Assembly: GCA_034664845.1 (NCBI GenBank)
Contig: JAXDGW010000010.1
Span: 58,936-122,935 of the forward strand
Direction of reading: 5' to 3'
Origin: Thermoanaerobaculia bacterium
Lineage (GTDB): Bacteria > Acidobacteriota > Thermoanaerobaculia > Gp7-AA8
DNA: 64,000 bases
Made by a program: the position numbers and the translations under genes. Below the pieces are notes generated by a model. The model saw nothing but the letters and a program-made list of their open reading frames with translations. It did no database searches and was not told the origin of the DNA. Every line of letters begins with the position of its first letter. The stretch's first letter is position 1. Shown here in pieces: positions 29,202 to 38,064 of the stretch.

Positions 29202-29969
29202 TCACCATACTTTCCAGGGCGCCTTCCCCGTTCCCCAGAGTGCATCGAGGAGGGTCTTGTCGCGAAGCGTGTCCATCGGCTGCCAGAAGCCGTCATGTTT
29301 GTACGCCGAGAGGTGTCCGTCGCGCGCAAGCGTCTCGAGCGGCTCGCGCTCCCAAATCGTCTCATCGCCGCCGAGGTAATCGAATACCTGCGGCTCGAGT
29401 ACGAAGAACCCGCCGTTAACCCAGCTGCCATCGCCGGGAGGCTTTTCGGCGAACGTCCGGATCTTCTCCGCCTCGATATCGATCACGCCGAAACGGCCGG
29501 GTGGCTGAACCGCCGTCAACGTCGCAAAGGTCTTTTGCTCGCGGTGAAAATCGATCAGCTTCGCGATGTTGACGTCGGCCAGCCCGTCGCCATACGTGAA
29601 ACAGAACGTCTCTCCATCGACGTGGTGCCGGACGCGTCCGAGGCGGCCACCGGTCTGGGTGTCCTGGCCGGTGTCGACCAGCGTGACCGTCCATGGTTCG
29701 GATGTGCTGTGATGCACGGAAACTTCATTGCTGCGCAGATTGATCGTCACGTCGGACATGTGCAGAAAGTAGTTCGCGAAGTACTCCTTGATCATGTAAC
29801 CCTTGTATCCAAGGCAGATCACGAAGTCGTTGATCCCATGCGCCGAGTACAACTTCATGATGTGCCAGAGGACGGGCATTCCTCCCAGCTCGACCATCGG
29901 CTTCGGACGAATGACTGTTTCTTCGCTGAGTCGCGTGCCGAGTCCACCGGCGAGAATGACGGCTTTCAT
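29202..29969 (-). CDS. rfbF: Glucose-1-phosphate cytidylyltransferase
   Basis: [75 protein letters not shown] is nearly collinear with enterobacterial RfbF. ATGA overlap with fcl. Confidence 0.85.
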   Translation of the reverse strand: MKAVILAGGLGTRLSEETVIRPKPMVELGGMPVLWHIMKLYSAHGINDFVICLGYKGYMIKEYFANYFLHMSDVTINLRSNEVSVHHSTSEPWTVTLVDTGQDTQTGGRLGRVRHHVDGETFCFTYGDGLADVNIAKLIDFHREQKTFATLTAVQPPGRFGVIDIEAEKIRTFAEKPPGDGSWVNGGFFVLEPQVFDYLGGDETIWEREPLETLARDGHLSAYKHDGFWQPMDTLRDKTLLDALWGTGKAPWKVW

Positions 29970-30937
29970 TGGCTGACCTCGTCCGATCCGCGTTGTTGAT
30001 TTCGATGGCCGTTGAACCATTCGATCGTGGCGGCGAGTCCGCCGGCGAATGACGTCTGGGACTGGAATCCGAACTCGCGCGCGGCGCGCGAGACATCAAG
30101 CCGCCGGTTGGGCTGTCCATTCGGCTTGGTGCTGTCCCACTCGACGTTGCCTTCGTATCCGACGAGGTGGCGGATCGTCTCGGCAAGATCCTTGATCGAG
30201 ATCTCCTTCCCGCTTCCGAGATTCACGGGGTCCGCGCCGTCGTAGCGGCTGGCCGCTGCCACGATTCCATCGGCAGCATCGGCCGCGTAGAGAAATTCGC
30301 GCGTCGGCGTGCCGTCACCCCAGAGCGTCACGGTCGGGCGACGGAGCTCCTTTGCGTCGACAAACTTGCGGATCATGGCGGGGATGACATGGCTCGACTC
30401 GAGATCGAAGTTGTCTCCGGGGCCGTAGAGGTTCACGGGAAGAAGGAAGATGCCGTTGAAGCCGTACTCCTGCCGGTAGGCCTGAAGCTGGACGAGGAGC
30501 GCTTTCTTGGCGATGCCATACGCCGCGTTCGTTTCCTCGGGGTAGCCATTCCAGAGATCGTCTTCGCGGAACGGAATCGGCGCGAACTTCGGATAGGCGC
30601 AGATCGTTCCGAGACAGACGAACTTGGCGACGCCGGCAAGGCGCGCTTCTTCGATGAGCTGAATCCCCATGATGGCGTTTTCGTAGAAAAAACTGCCCGG
30701 ATGCTTCTGGTTCGCGCCGATTCCGCCAACGACCGCGGCGGCGTGGATGATGATGTCGGGCTTCTGTGCCGCGAGATACGCGCGCACTGCGGCGGCGTCC
30801 CTGAGATCGAGCTCCTGTTTGCGCGGCGCGAGGATCGCGGCGGGCTGCTCCCGTTCCAGACGCTGGCGAATGAACGTGCCGAGAAAACCGCCGCCGCCGG
30901 TCAGAAGAACGCGCCGGCCCGGCCAGAATCCGCTCAT
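29966..30937 (-). CDS. fcl: GDP-L-fucose synthase (GDP-4-keto-6-deoxy-D-mannose 3,5-epimerase/4-reductase)
   Basis: [14 protein letters not shown]...[23 protein letters not shown]...NAAYGIAKK (Y-x3-K). ATGA overlap with gmd. Confidence 0.85.
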   Translation of the reverse strand: MSGFWPGRRVLLTGGGGFLGTFIRQRLEREQPAAILAPRKQELDLRDAAAVRAYLAAQKPDIIIHAAAVVGGIGANQKHPGSFFYENAIMGIQLIEEARLAGVAKFVCLGTICAYPKFAPIPFREDDLWNGYPEETNAAYGIAKKALLVQLQAYRQEYGFNGIFLLPVNLYGPGDNFDLESSHVIPAMIRKFVDAKELRRPTVTLWGDGTPTREFLYAADAADGIVAAASRYDGADPVNLGSGKEISIKDLAETIRHLVGYEGNVEWDSTKPNGQPNRRLDVSRAAREFGFQSQTSFAGGLAATIEWFNGHRNQQRGSDEVSQ

Positions 30938-32007
30938 GAGCCGCCCGCTTTCAACTGCCCCTCGTTCGCGGCGAGCATGAGGTCCGCATCGACCATCATG
31001 TTGACGAGCTCCAGGAATGTCGTCCGCGGCGCCCAGCCGAGCTTTTCCCTCGCTTTTGTGGCGTCGCCGCACAGCAGCTCGACTTCGGACGGACGGAGAT
31101 AGCGCGGGTCGATGACGACACGCGTCTTTCCCGTTGCGGCGTCGATTCCCTGCTCGTCAGACCCGCTCCCTCGCCACTCGATGCGGATACCGGCGCGCTC
31201 GAAGGCAAGCTCGCAGAATTTGCGCACCGTGTGCGTCTCGGAAGTGGCCACCACGTAGTCGTCCGGCTGATCCTGTTGCAGCATGAGCCACATTGCCTCG
31301 ACGTAATCCCGGGCGTAACCCCAGTCGCGTTTTGCGTCGAGGTTGCCGAGATAGAGGCATTCCTGCAGACCATGCTTGATGCGGCCGACCGCTCGCGTGA
31401 TCTTGCGCGAGACGAACGTTTCACCGCGGCGCGGCGACTCGTGATTGAAGAGAATGCCGTTCGAGGCGTACAAACCGTAAGCCTCGCGATAGTTCACCGT
31501 CATCCAGTACGCGTAAACCTTCGCTACGCCATACGGGCTTCGCGGATAGAAAGGAGTCGTCTCGCGCTGCGGTGTCTCCATCACTTTGCCGAACATCTCA
31601 GACGAGGATGCCTGATAGATCCGCGGACGCAGTTCCAGCTCGCGAATGGCCTCGAGGAGCCTCACCGATCCGAGCCCGGTTACTTCGCCCGTGTACTCAG
31701 GCGTGTCGAACGACACCTTCACGTGACTCTGGGCGCCGAGGTTGTAGATCTCATCGGGCTTGACGATTCGAAGGATCCGATTCAGCGACGAGGCATCGTT
31801 GAGGTCGCCGTAGTGAAGGATCAACCGCCGGCCCAGCTCGTGCGGATCCTCATAAATCGAGTCGATGCGCTGCGTGTTGAAGGACGACGAGCGCCTGATG
31901 ATGCCGTGCACCTCGTAGCCCTTTTCGAGCAGAAGCTCGGCAAGGTAGGAGCCGTCCTGGCCGGTGATGCCGGTGATGAGTGCTTTTTTCAGCGCCTGTT
32001 CAGCCAT
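30934..32007 (-). CDS. gmd: GDP-mannose 4,6-dehydratase
   Basis: [46 protein letters not shown]...SSSEMFGK...[12 protein letters not shown]. Canonical Gmd. Confidence 0.9.
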   Translation of the reverse strand: MAEQALKKALITGITGQDGSYLAELLLEKGYEVHGIIRRSSSFNTQRIDSIYEDPHELGRRLILHYGDLNDASSLNRILRIVKPDEIYNLGAQSHVKVSFDTPEYTGEVTGLGSVRLLEAIRELELRPRIYQASSSEMFGKVMETPQRETTPFYPRSPYGVAKVYAYWMTVNYREAYGLYASNGILFNHESPRRGETFVSRKITRAVGRIKHGLQECLYLGNLDAKRDWGYARDYVEAMWLMLQQDQPDDYVVATSETHTVRKFCELAFERAGIRIEWRGSGSDEQGIDAATGKTRVVIDPRYLRPSEVELLCGDATKAREKLGWAPRTTFLELVNMMVDADLMLAANEGQLKAGGS

Positions 32008-32121
32008 CAGTCTTGCGTCCCGGGGACTCACCGGACGGGCTTCGCCCCCTTCGGTATACACACCGAGAGATCAGCACGGGAAAGCGACCCGCTTCGCATG
32101 TTCCTTCGCCGGCAGCCCGCG

Positions 32122-32478
32122 TCAGGCGGACCGGTCCGGCGTGATCACCAAACGGCGCACCTCTTCGGAAAGGTGCGTGATCTCCTCCGCCAGCCGATCG
32201 TATTCATCGCGCTTGCGGCGGAGGAAGGCGCGCGTGACGTCGATCTTTTCCTCGATTCCGCGAGGTGTGAGGACGTACAGGTACGCCGACTTGTTGTTGC
32301 TGTTGCGGAAGTTCCGAACCTTGACCCACCCCTTCTCGACGAGGGCCTTGAGGCAGTAGTTCGCTTTGCCGATGCTGACGCCGAGCGCCCGCGCCACCTG
32401 ACGTTGGGTGGCAGTGGGATGCTCCTCGATGTAGCTGAGAAGGCGGTAGCGGATCTCATCCGTCGGGTCGTAGGTCAT
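32122..32478 (-). CDS. EPS-associated MarR-family winged-helix transcriptional regulator
   Basis: 118 aa. RYRLLSYIEEHPTATQRQVARALGVSIGKANYCLKALVEKGWVKV...YLYVLTPRG matches the small MarR-type regulators found in exosortase/PEP-CTERM EPS loci. Confidence 0.65.
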   Translation of the reverse strand: MTYDPTDEIRYRLLSYIEEHPTATQRQVARALGVSIGKANYCLKALVEKGWVKVRNFRNSNNKSAYLYVLTPRGIEEKIDVTRAFLRRKRDEYDRLAEEITHLSEEVRRLVITPDRSA

Positions 32479-32545
32479 CGGTCGTGTTCAACTGTTGAAC
32501 GCACCACGATTTAACCATTACGCTCCGCCGAAAGCAACGCCACGG

Positions 32546-33127
32546 TCACCGCTTTGCGCGGCGAAGAACCGGCCGCTCAAACTCGACGGCCAGGTTCTTC
32601 CGCAGCAGAGAAACCGAGACGACGAGGCGATCGCCGCGGGCGCTGCGGACGACCACGCCCGAATAGCCGGAGAACGGACCTTTCATGATCGTGACGACGT
32701 CGTCCGGCAGAAGGTCTTCATAAACCTCGAACGATGCGCCGGCGAGTTGGAGCCGGCGGATCTGCGCGAGCTGTGCGCCGAGCAGGTCCTGATCTTCGAC
32801 CTCGATGATGCGTACCGTCACGCCGCTCCGCAGCGCGACATCACGTCCCCGCGCGTCCCCGCGCAGGAATACGTATCCCGGAAACAGCGGGACGTACGAG
32901 CGAAAACGCCGCGACGATCGTTCCGAGACGTGCTCGACCTGCGGGAGATAAAACGGGATTTGCTGATCGAGCAGGCGGCGAGCCAGGACCTTTTCCTGGC
33001 GGCTCCGCACATGCGTGACGTGCCAGGGGAAGGAATCCGCGGTCAGCGCGAAGAGATCGTCGGGAAAAAGGTCGGCTTCTTTCGGGAGCAGCGGCATGGC
33101 GGCTGCGAACAGCATCACCCCCGGCAC
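32546..33127 (-). CDS. NusG/RfaH-paralogue transcription antiterminator (UpxY/LoaP-like)
   Basis: NGN domain WHVTHVRSRQEKVLARRLLDQQIPFYLP...FPGYVFLRGD and KOW motif GDVVTIMKGPFSGYSGVV. It is the first gene of the minus-strand glycan operon. Confidence 0.7.
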   Translation of the reverse strand: MPGVMLFAAAMPLLPKEADLFPDDLFALTADSFPWHVTHVRSRQEKVLARRLLDQQIPFYLPQVEHVSERSSRRFRSYVPLFPGYVFLRGDARGRDVALRSGVTVRIIEVEDQDLLGAQLAQIRRLQLAGASFEVYEDLLPDDVVTIMKGPFSGYSGVVVRSARGDRLVVSVSLLRKNLAVEFERPVLRRAKR

Positions 33128-33177
33128 GTTTATTCCGTCATCACGCTGCTTGACGGGTCGCCGCCGCGCTGCGATCC

Positions 33178-34800
33178 TTGCGCGCTATGACCGATTCTCA
33201 TCACGCGGAAATTGTTGAAGTCGTCGACCGGCCGGTGTCCATCAGCCATCTCACCCACACGCTGCAGGCGTATGGGCCAGCCATCTTCCTCTCAACCGCC
33301 GCCATCGCCGTTCTCTACCTCATCCTCAGCGTGGCGATTTACGTTCTCTCGCCCACGCAGCGGATCAGCTCGCAGCAGTTCCGCTTGGATTTCGAAGGCG
33401 CCTCGGAAGCGAAGTACCCGAACGGAATCAAGTTCTCGAGTAGCGATATCACCTCGACGCCCATTCTCCTGAAGGTCTTTCAGGACAATCAACTGGACCG
33501 GTTCACGAGCTTTCCGAACTTCAGCCGCTCGCTGGTTGTCCTCGAGTCCAATGCCGACTACGAGCGCCTGGCCGCCGAGTACCAGGCTCGTCTGGCCGAT
33601 CCGAAGCAATCCGCGATCGACCGGGAGCGCGTCTTGCGCGACTGGCAGGCGAAAGCGTCGAGCATCGCCAAGAACGATTTTTCCCTCAACTGGTTCCGCA
33701 CGCGCGACACCGCTGCCGTTCCTGAGAGTGTCGTCAAGAAGGTTCTACTCGATACTCTGAGCTCCTGGGCTCGGTATGCTGCCAACGAGCAGCACGTGCT
33801 CAAGTACCGGCTGACTGTGTTCTCGCCGGAGATGATCGGGTCGGCCGATACCGACAGCGAGCCGATCGTGGCCATTCAGGTCCTCCGCTCGAAGATCTAC
33901 AAGGTTCTGCAGAACATCGATGCACTTCGCGAGGTCCCCGGGTCCGAGCTCGTTCGAGGTCCGGACGGGATGAATCTGGACGAGATCCGGCTTCGCCTGG
34001 AAGAGATCATCCGTTTCCACCTTGACCCGCTCACCGGACGCGTGAGCACGACTGGTCTGATCGCAAACCGGCCGGCCACGCTCCGGTTTCTCGAGAGCCA
34101 GCTCGCCTACGATCAACGCCACATGAAAGCCACGCAGGATTATGCGGACGTGATCCGGCAGTCCTTCGCGGTGTACTCACTCGATCAACGTGGGTTCTCA
34201 CCGGACAGCGTCACCGCGGCCGCGGCGACGGCCGCGGCGCCTCCTAACCAGCAGCACCCGCAGCAGCAACGCTCCGACACGTTGATGCCGCAGATCGGCG
34301 ACTCCTTCCTGGACCGGCTGCTAACCCTGACGTCTCAGTCCAGCGATATTCAATATCGCCAGAAGGTCGCGGACGAGTACCGGCGTGCTTCGGAAGCGGT
34401 CATCCCGGCGCAACAGTCAGTAGCCTACGATCAGGAAGTACTCGTCCAGGTGAGGTCCAGCGCCACCGCACCCATCGCCGGAGAAGCAGACGGCGTACGA
34501 AACGAGATCATCGCGACGAAGAATGAGGTCAAGCAATTGCTCGGCCGCGTCAATCACATTTACGATGCCGTTTCGGCGAATCTCAATCCATCCAAAGAGC
34601 TCTACACGCTCACGGCGCCCTCCGTGGTGCGCACGGAACACTCGCGCAGCCTTTTTCAACTCGCCCTGTATGGCGTAGCGGTGATCGCGCTCTCGCTGAT
34701 CGTCATCATCATTCTCTGTCTTATCCACGCCCGAATCCGCGAGGAAGAGGCGGCCGAGACGCATTCAAGTGAAGCGCTCCGCACCGATGGACAACCCTGA
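33178..34800 (+). CDS. Polysaccharide co-polymerase (PCP/GumC-EpsF-like chain-length determinant) candidate, no kinase domain
   Basis: 540 aa. One TM near residues 33-56, a large soluble domain with coiled-coil-like segments, and a second TM near residues 495-518. This is the classic PCP topology. It is divergent from the operon leader. Confidence 0.4.
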   Translation: MRAMTDSHHAEIVEVVDRPVSISHLTHTLQAYGPAIFLSTAAIAVLYLILSVAIYVLSPTQRISSQQFRLDFEGASEAKYPNGIKFSSSDITSTPILLKVFQDNQLDRFTSFPNFSRSLVVLESNADYERLAAEYQARLADPKQSAIDRERVLRDWQAKASSIAKNDFSLNWFRTRDTAAVPESVVKKVLLDTLSSWARYAANEQHVLKYRLTVFSPEMIGSADTDSEPIVAIQVLRSKIYKVLQNIDALREVPGSELVRGPDGMNLDEIRLRLEEIIRFHLDPLTGRVSTTGLIANRPATLRFLESQLAYDQRHMKATQDYADVIRQSFAVYSLDQRGFSPDSVTAAAATAAAPPNQQHPQQQRSDTLMPQIGDSFLDRLLTLTSQSSDIQYRQKVADEYRRASEAVIPAQQSVAYDQEVLVQVRSSATAPIAGEADGVRNEIIATKNEVKQLLGRVNHIYDAVSANLNPSKELYTLTAPSVVRTEHSRSLFQLALYGVAVIALSLIVIIILCLIHARIREEEAAETHSSEALRTDGQP

Positions 34801-35710
34801 GGAGCAGAGCGGCGGGCGCAAGTTCGCCGCTCTCTTCAAGGAGATCTCCCGCTCCCAGCACGCCGGCAAGTGCGATTCGCACGACCGCGCGGCCCTTGAA
34901 AAATCTCTGGATCTACTGCTGCGGATCGGAAGCGAACTGGGGGTCACGATTGGGCCGGCCAGCCGGGTTCTCGATTTCGGCTGTGGTCTCGGCGAGACGG
35001 TCGAGATCCTGCTTTCGCGGGGCATCGAGGCTTACGGTGTCGACGTCGGCGAGTGGTGGGGAAAGGATTTCGACGCCTATTGGCAAAAGGGTGATCTTCC
35101 TGCCGCCGGCGTTCTGGCACGTTTGCATTCCATCAACGAAGACCGCTATGTGTTGCCCTTTCCGGACGACTCGTTCGATTTGATCATCAGCACCGCTACG
35201 TTCGAGCACGTGTTCAACTACGAAACGGTCTTTCGCGAGATTCACCGCGTGCTCAAGCCGACAGGGATTTCCGTCAACATTTTCCCAGGACGCTGGTCGC
35301 CGGTGGAGCCTCACGTCGGCATTCCGATCATTCCGCTTTGCAAACACAATTGGTGGCTGGCACTCTGGGCTCTGCGACGGGGCACAGGAGTTGGCTGGCG
35401 CGAGCACTACCACTCCTTGCAGGGCACCATGAAACTCACTTGCTATCCGACGCGCAAGCAGGTCCGTCGCTACGCAGCCGCAGCCGGGGCGCATCTCGAA
35501 TTCTGCGAACGGCTCTATGTCGCTCTCTCAGCCTCAAGGCCTAACCGCATCGTGCGAGCGGCGAGCCGCTTCGGTCTGGGAAGGGTTGTTTCCGCCGCCG
35601 TGGAGCGGGTTTGCCAAAGGACGATGGTTCTGCGAAAACGTACCGCGCCGGGGCTCGATTCGCGGGGCGTCGGGAGAGCGTCCGCACAGCACGGAGCGAT
35701 CACGCCCTGA
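34769..35710 (+). CDS. Class I SAM-dependent methyltransferase
   Basis: RVLDFGCGLGETVEIL (motif I) and DLIISTATFEHV. The start may be M7 at 34787. Confidence 0.6.
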   Translation: MKRSAPMDNPEEQSGGRKFAALFKEISRSQHAGKCDSHDRAALEKSLDLLLRIGSELGVTIGPASRVLDFGCGLGETVEILLSRGIEAYGVDVGEWWGKDFDAYWQKGDLPAAGVLARLHSINEDRYVLPFPDDSFDLIISTATFEHVFNYETVFREIHRVLKPTGISVNIFPGRWSPVEPHVGIPIIPLCKHNWWLALWALRRGTGVGWREHYHSLQGTMKLTCYPTRKQVRRYAAAAGAHLEFCERLYVALSASRPNRIVRAASRFGLGRVVSAAVERVCQRTMVLRKRTAPGLDSRGVGRASAQHGAITP

Positions 35711-37037
35711 CCACATCGAGTCCGGCAACGCCGCGCGGGACGATGTTGCGCGTATCGATGGCCAGGCGCACCTTCGCCCAGAGTGACGGATCTCTGAACT
35801 GCGTGTGCGGCGTCGAAACGACGACCGCGTCATATTGACCGATCGCTTCCGCGGTGCAGGGAATCGACCGCAGCCCCACGTCGTGCTTCCGCCCCCGCCG
35901 AGCCTGCGGTACGTAAGGATCACAGTACGCGACCACAGCACCTCGGGCCTGCAGCATCTCGATCAACTCGAACGACGGCGACTCGCGGTCGTCATCGATG
36001 TCGGGCTTGTACGAGAGCCCCATCACCAGCACCGTCGCGCCGACGATGCTCTTGCCGTGTTTGTTCACCGCCTCGACCGTGCGGTCGACGACGTAGCGCG
36101 GCATCGAGGCATTGACCTCGCCTGCCAGTTCGATGAAACGGGCCCACGTCCCATACTCGGCGGCCTTCCACGTGAGGTAAAACGGATCGAGTGGAATGCA
36201 GTGCCCGCCCAGACCAGGGCCCGGATAGAACGGCATGAAGCCGAACGGTTTCGTCTTTGCTGCCTCGATGACTTCCCACACGTCGATGCCCATCCGCTCA
36301 AAGACAACCTTCATTTCGTTCACGAGAGCGATGTTCACGGCGCGAAAAATGTTCTCGAGGAGCTTGGCGGACTCCGCGACCTCCGTCGAGGAAACAGGAA
36401 CGACGCGATCGACGACGGCGCTATAGAGCTCCGTGGCTGCGCGAAGGGAGGGAGCGTCGATCCCGCCGACGACTTTCGGGATGTTCCGCGTGTTGAAGCG
36501 CTCGTTCCCGGGATCTTCGCGCTCGGGAGAGAAGCCGACAAAGTAGTCGCGGCCGCAGACAAGGCCACGCGCCTCAAAGCGCGACAGAAGCTCCTCGCGC
36601 GTCGTACCGGGGTAGGTGGTCGATTCGAGTACGACGATCTGCCCCGGCCGCAGGCGCCGCGCGATCTCTTCCGCCGTAATGCGGATGTACCGCAGATCGG
36701 GCTCGCGGTGCGTACCCAGTGGCGTCGGTACGCAGATGAGGATCGCGTCACAGTCGGCGAGGCGGTCGAAGTCGGCCGTGGCAAAGACCTTCTCGTTGCC
36801 AAACGCTTTGGCGATTCGTTCCCGGCCGATGTGCCGGATGTAGGTCTCGCCCGCGTTGAGCATCCCGGTCTTCGTCGTATCGACGTCGAAGCCCGTCACC
36901 GGGAAGCCGGCCTCCTCGAAAAGGAGAACGAGCGGAAGTCCGACGTAGCCGAGGCCGATCACGCCGATGCGAGCGGAGCGCGCTCGGATCGATTCGATCA
37001 ACGTGTCGATTCTTTGCGGGCCGGATGTCGCGGTCAT
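35700..37037 (-). CDS. UDP-N-acetyl-D-hexosamine 6-dehydrogenase (WecC/WbpA/Cap5O-type nucleotide-sugar dehydrogenase)
   Basis: [18 protein letters not shown] (NAD Rossmann), CVPTPL and [12 protein letters not shown] (catalytic Cys). The start at MTATSG gives an ATGA overlap with the epimerase gene. Confidence 0.8.
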   Translation of the reverse strand: MTATSGPQRIDTLIESIRARSARIGVIGLGYVGLPLVLLFEEAGFPVTGFDVDTTKTGMLNAGETYIRHIGRERIAKAFGNEKVFATADFDRLADCDAILICVPTPLGTHREPDLRYIRITAEEIARRLRPGQIVVLESTTYPGTTREELLSRFEARGLVCGRDYFVGFSPEREDPGNERFNTRNIPKVVGGIDAPSLRAATELYSAVVDRVVPVSSTEVAESAKLLENIFRAVNIALVNEMKVVFERMGIDVWEVIEAAKTKPFGFMPFYPGPGLGGHCIPLDPFYLTWKAAEYGTWARFIELAGEVNASMPRYVVDRTVEAVNKHGKSIVGATVLVMGLSYKPDIDDDRESPSFELIEMLQARGAVVAYCDPYVPQARRGRKHDVGLRSIPCTAEAIGQYDAVVVSTPHTQFRDPSLWAKVRLAIDTRNIVPRGVAGLDVVRA

Positions 37038-38044
37038 CGGTCGATTCCGTAGTAGGCACGATACCAATCGACGAACCGGGCGATCCCGTCACGAATCGTC
37101 GTCGATGGACGAAACCCGACCGCGGACTCCAGCTCGGAGACGTCGGCCATCGTCGACGGCACATCACCCGGCTGCATGGGCAGCAGCTCCATCGTTGCCT
37201 TGCGTCCCAATGCTTCCTCCAGCGCGGCAATGAAGTCGAGCAGCGGAACGGGCTGGTTGTTGCCGATATTGAAGATGCGGTATGGCGCAAAGCTTCTTGC
37301 CGGATCGGGAGCGTCGCCGCTCCAGGCCGGAGCCGGTACGGCCACGGAATCGATCACCCGGATGACGCCTTCGACGATGTCATCGATGTAGGTGAAGTCG
37401 CGAATCATCCGGCCGTAGTTGTAGACCTCGATCGGCTCACCGTTGAGTATCCCCTTCGTGAATTTGAATAGCGCCATGTCGGGCCTGCCCCACGGGCCGT
37501 AAACGGTAAAGAAACGCAATCCGGTGCACGGAAGGTTGAAGAGAGCCGCGTACGTGTGCGCCATCAGCTCATTGGCTTTCTTCGTAGCCGCGTAAAGGCT
37601 GACCGGATGATCGACGTTGTGATGCTCGGAGAATGGCTGCGCGGTATTCGCGCCGTAGACTGAGCTCGATGACGCGAAGACAAGGTGCTCGATACCGTGA
37701 TGCCGGCTGCCCTCGAGGATGTTCAGGAACCCCTGCACGTTCGCGTCGATGTACGCCTGAGGGTTCACCAGGGAGTAGCGCACGCCCGCTTGAGCGGCCA
37801 GGTTGACGACGCGCTGCGGCTTGATGTCACTGAAGAGCCGGCGCATCCCGTCCGCATCGGCGATATCGAGACGCTCGAAACGAAAGCCGCTCCCGGTCAG
37901 ACGTGCCAACCGCGCTTCTTTCAACTTCGGATCGTAGTAGTCGTTGAGATTGTCGACGCCGATCACCTCGTCGCCACGCGCGAGTAGACGTTGAACGACG
38001 TGGTATCCGATGAAACCGGCCGCGCCGGTGACGAGGGCCTTCAA
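37034..38044 (-). CDS. NAD-dependent nucleotide-sugar 4-epimerase (UDP-glucuronate/UDP-GlcNAcA 4-epimerase, CapI/WbpP-like)
   Basis: [38 protein letters not shown] and SSSSVYG...YAATKKANE (Y-x3-K). Confidence 0.8.
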   Translation of the reverse strand: MKALVTGAAGFIGYHVVQRLLARGDEVIGVDNLNDYYDPKLKEARLARLTGSGFRFERLDIADADGMRRLFSDIKPQRVVNLAAQAGVRYSLVNPQAYIDANVQGFLNILEGSRHHGIEHLVFASSSSVYGANTAQPFSEHHNVDHPVSLYAATKKANELMAHTYAALFNLPCTGLRFFTVYGPWGRPDMALFKFTKGILNGEPIEVYNYGRMIRDFTYIDDIVEGVIRVIDSVAVPAPAWSGDAPDPARSFAPYRIFNIGNNQPVPLLDFIAALEEALGRKATMELLPMQPGDVPSTMADVSELESAVGFRPSTTIRDGIARFVDWYRAYYGIDR

Positions 38045-38064
38045 AGCCGGCGCATTCTATCTGC

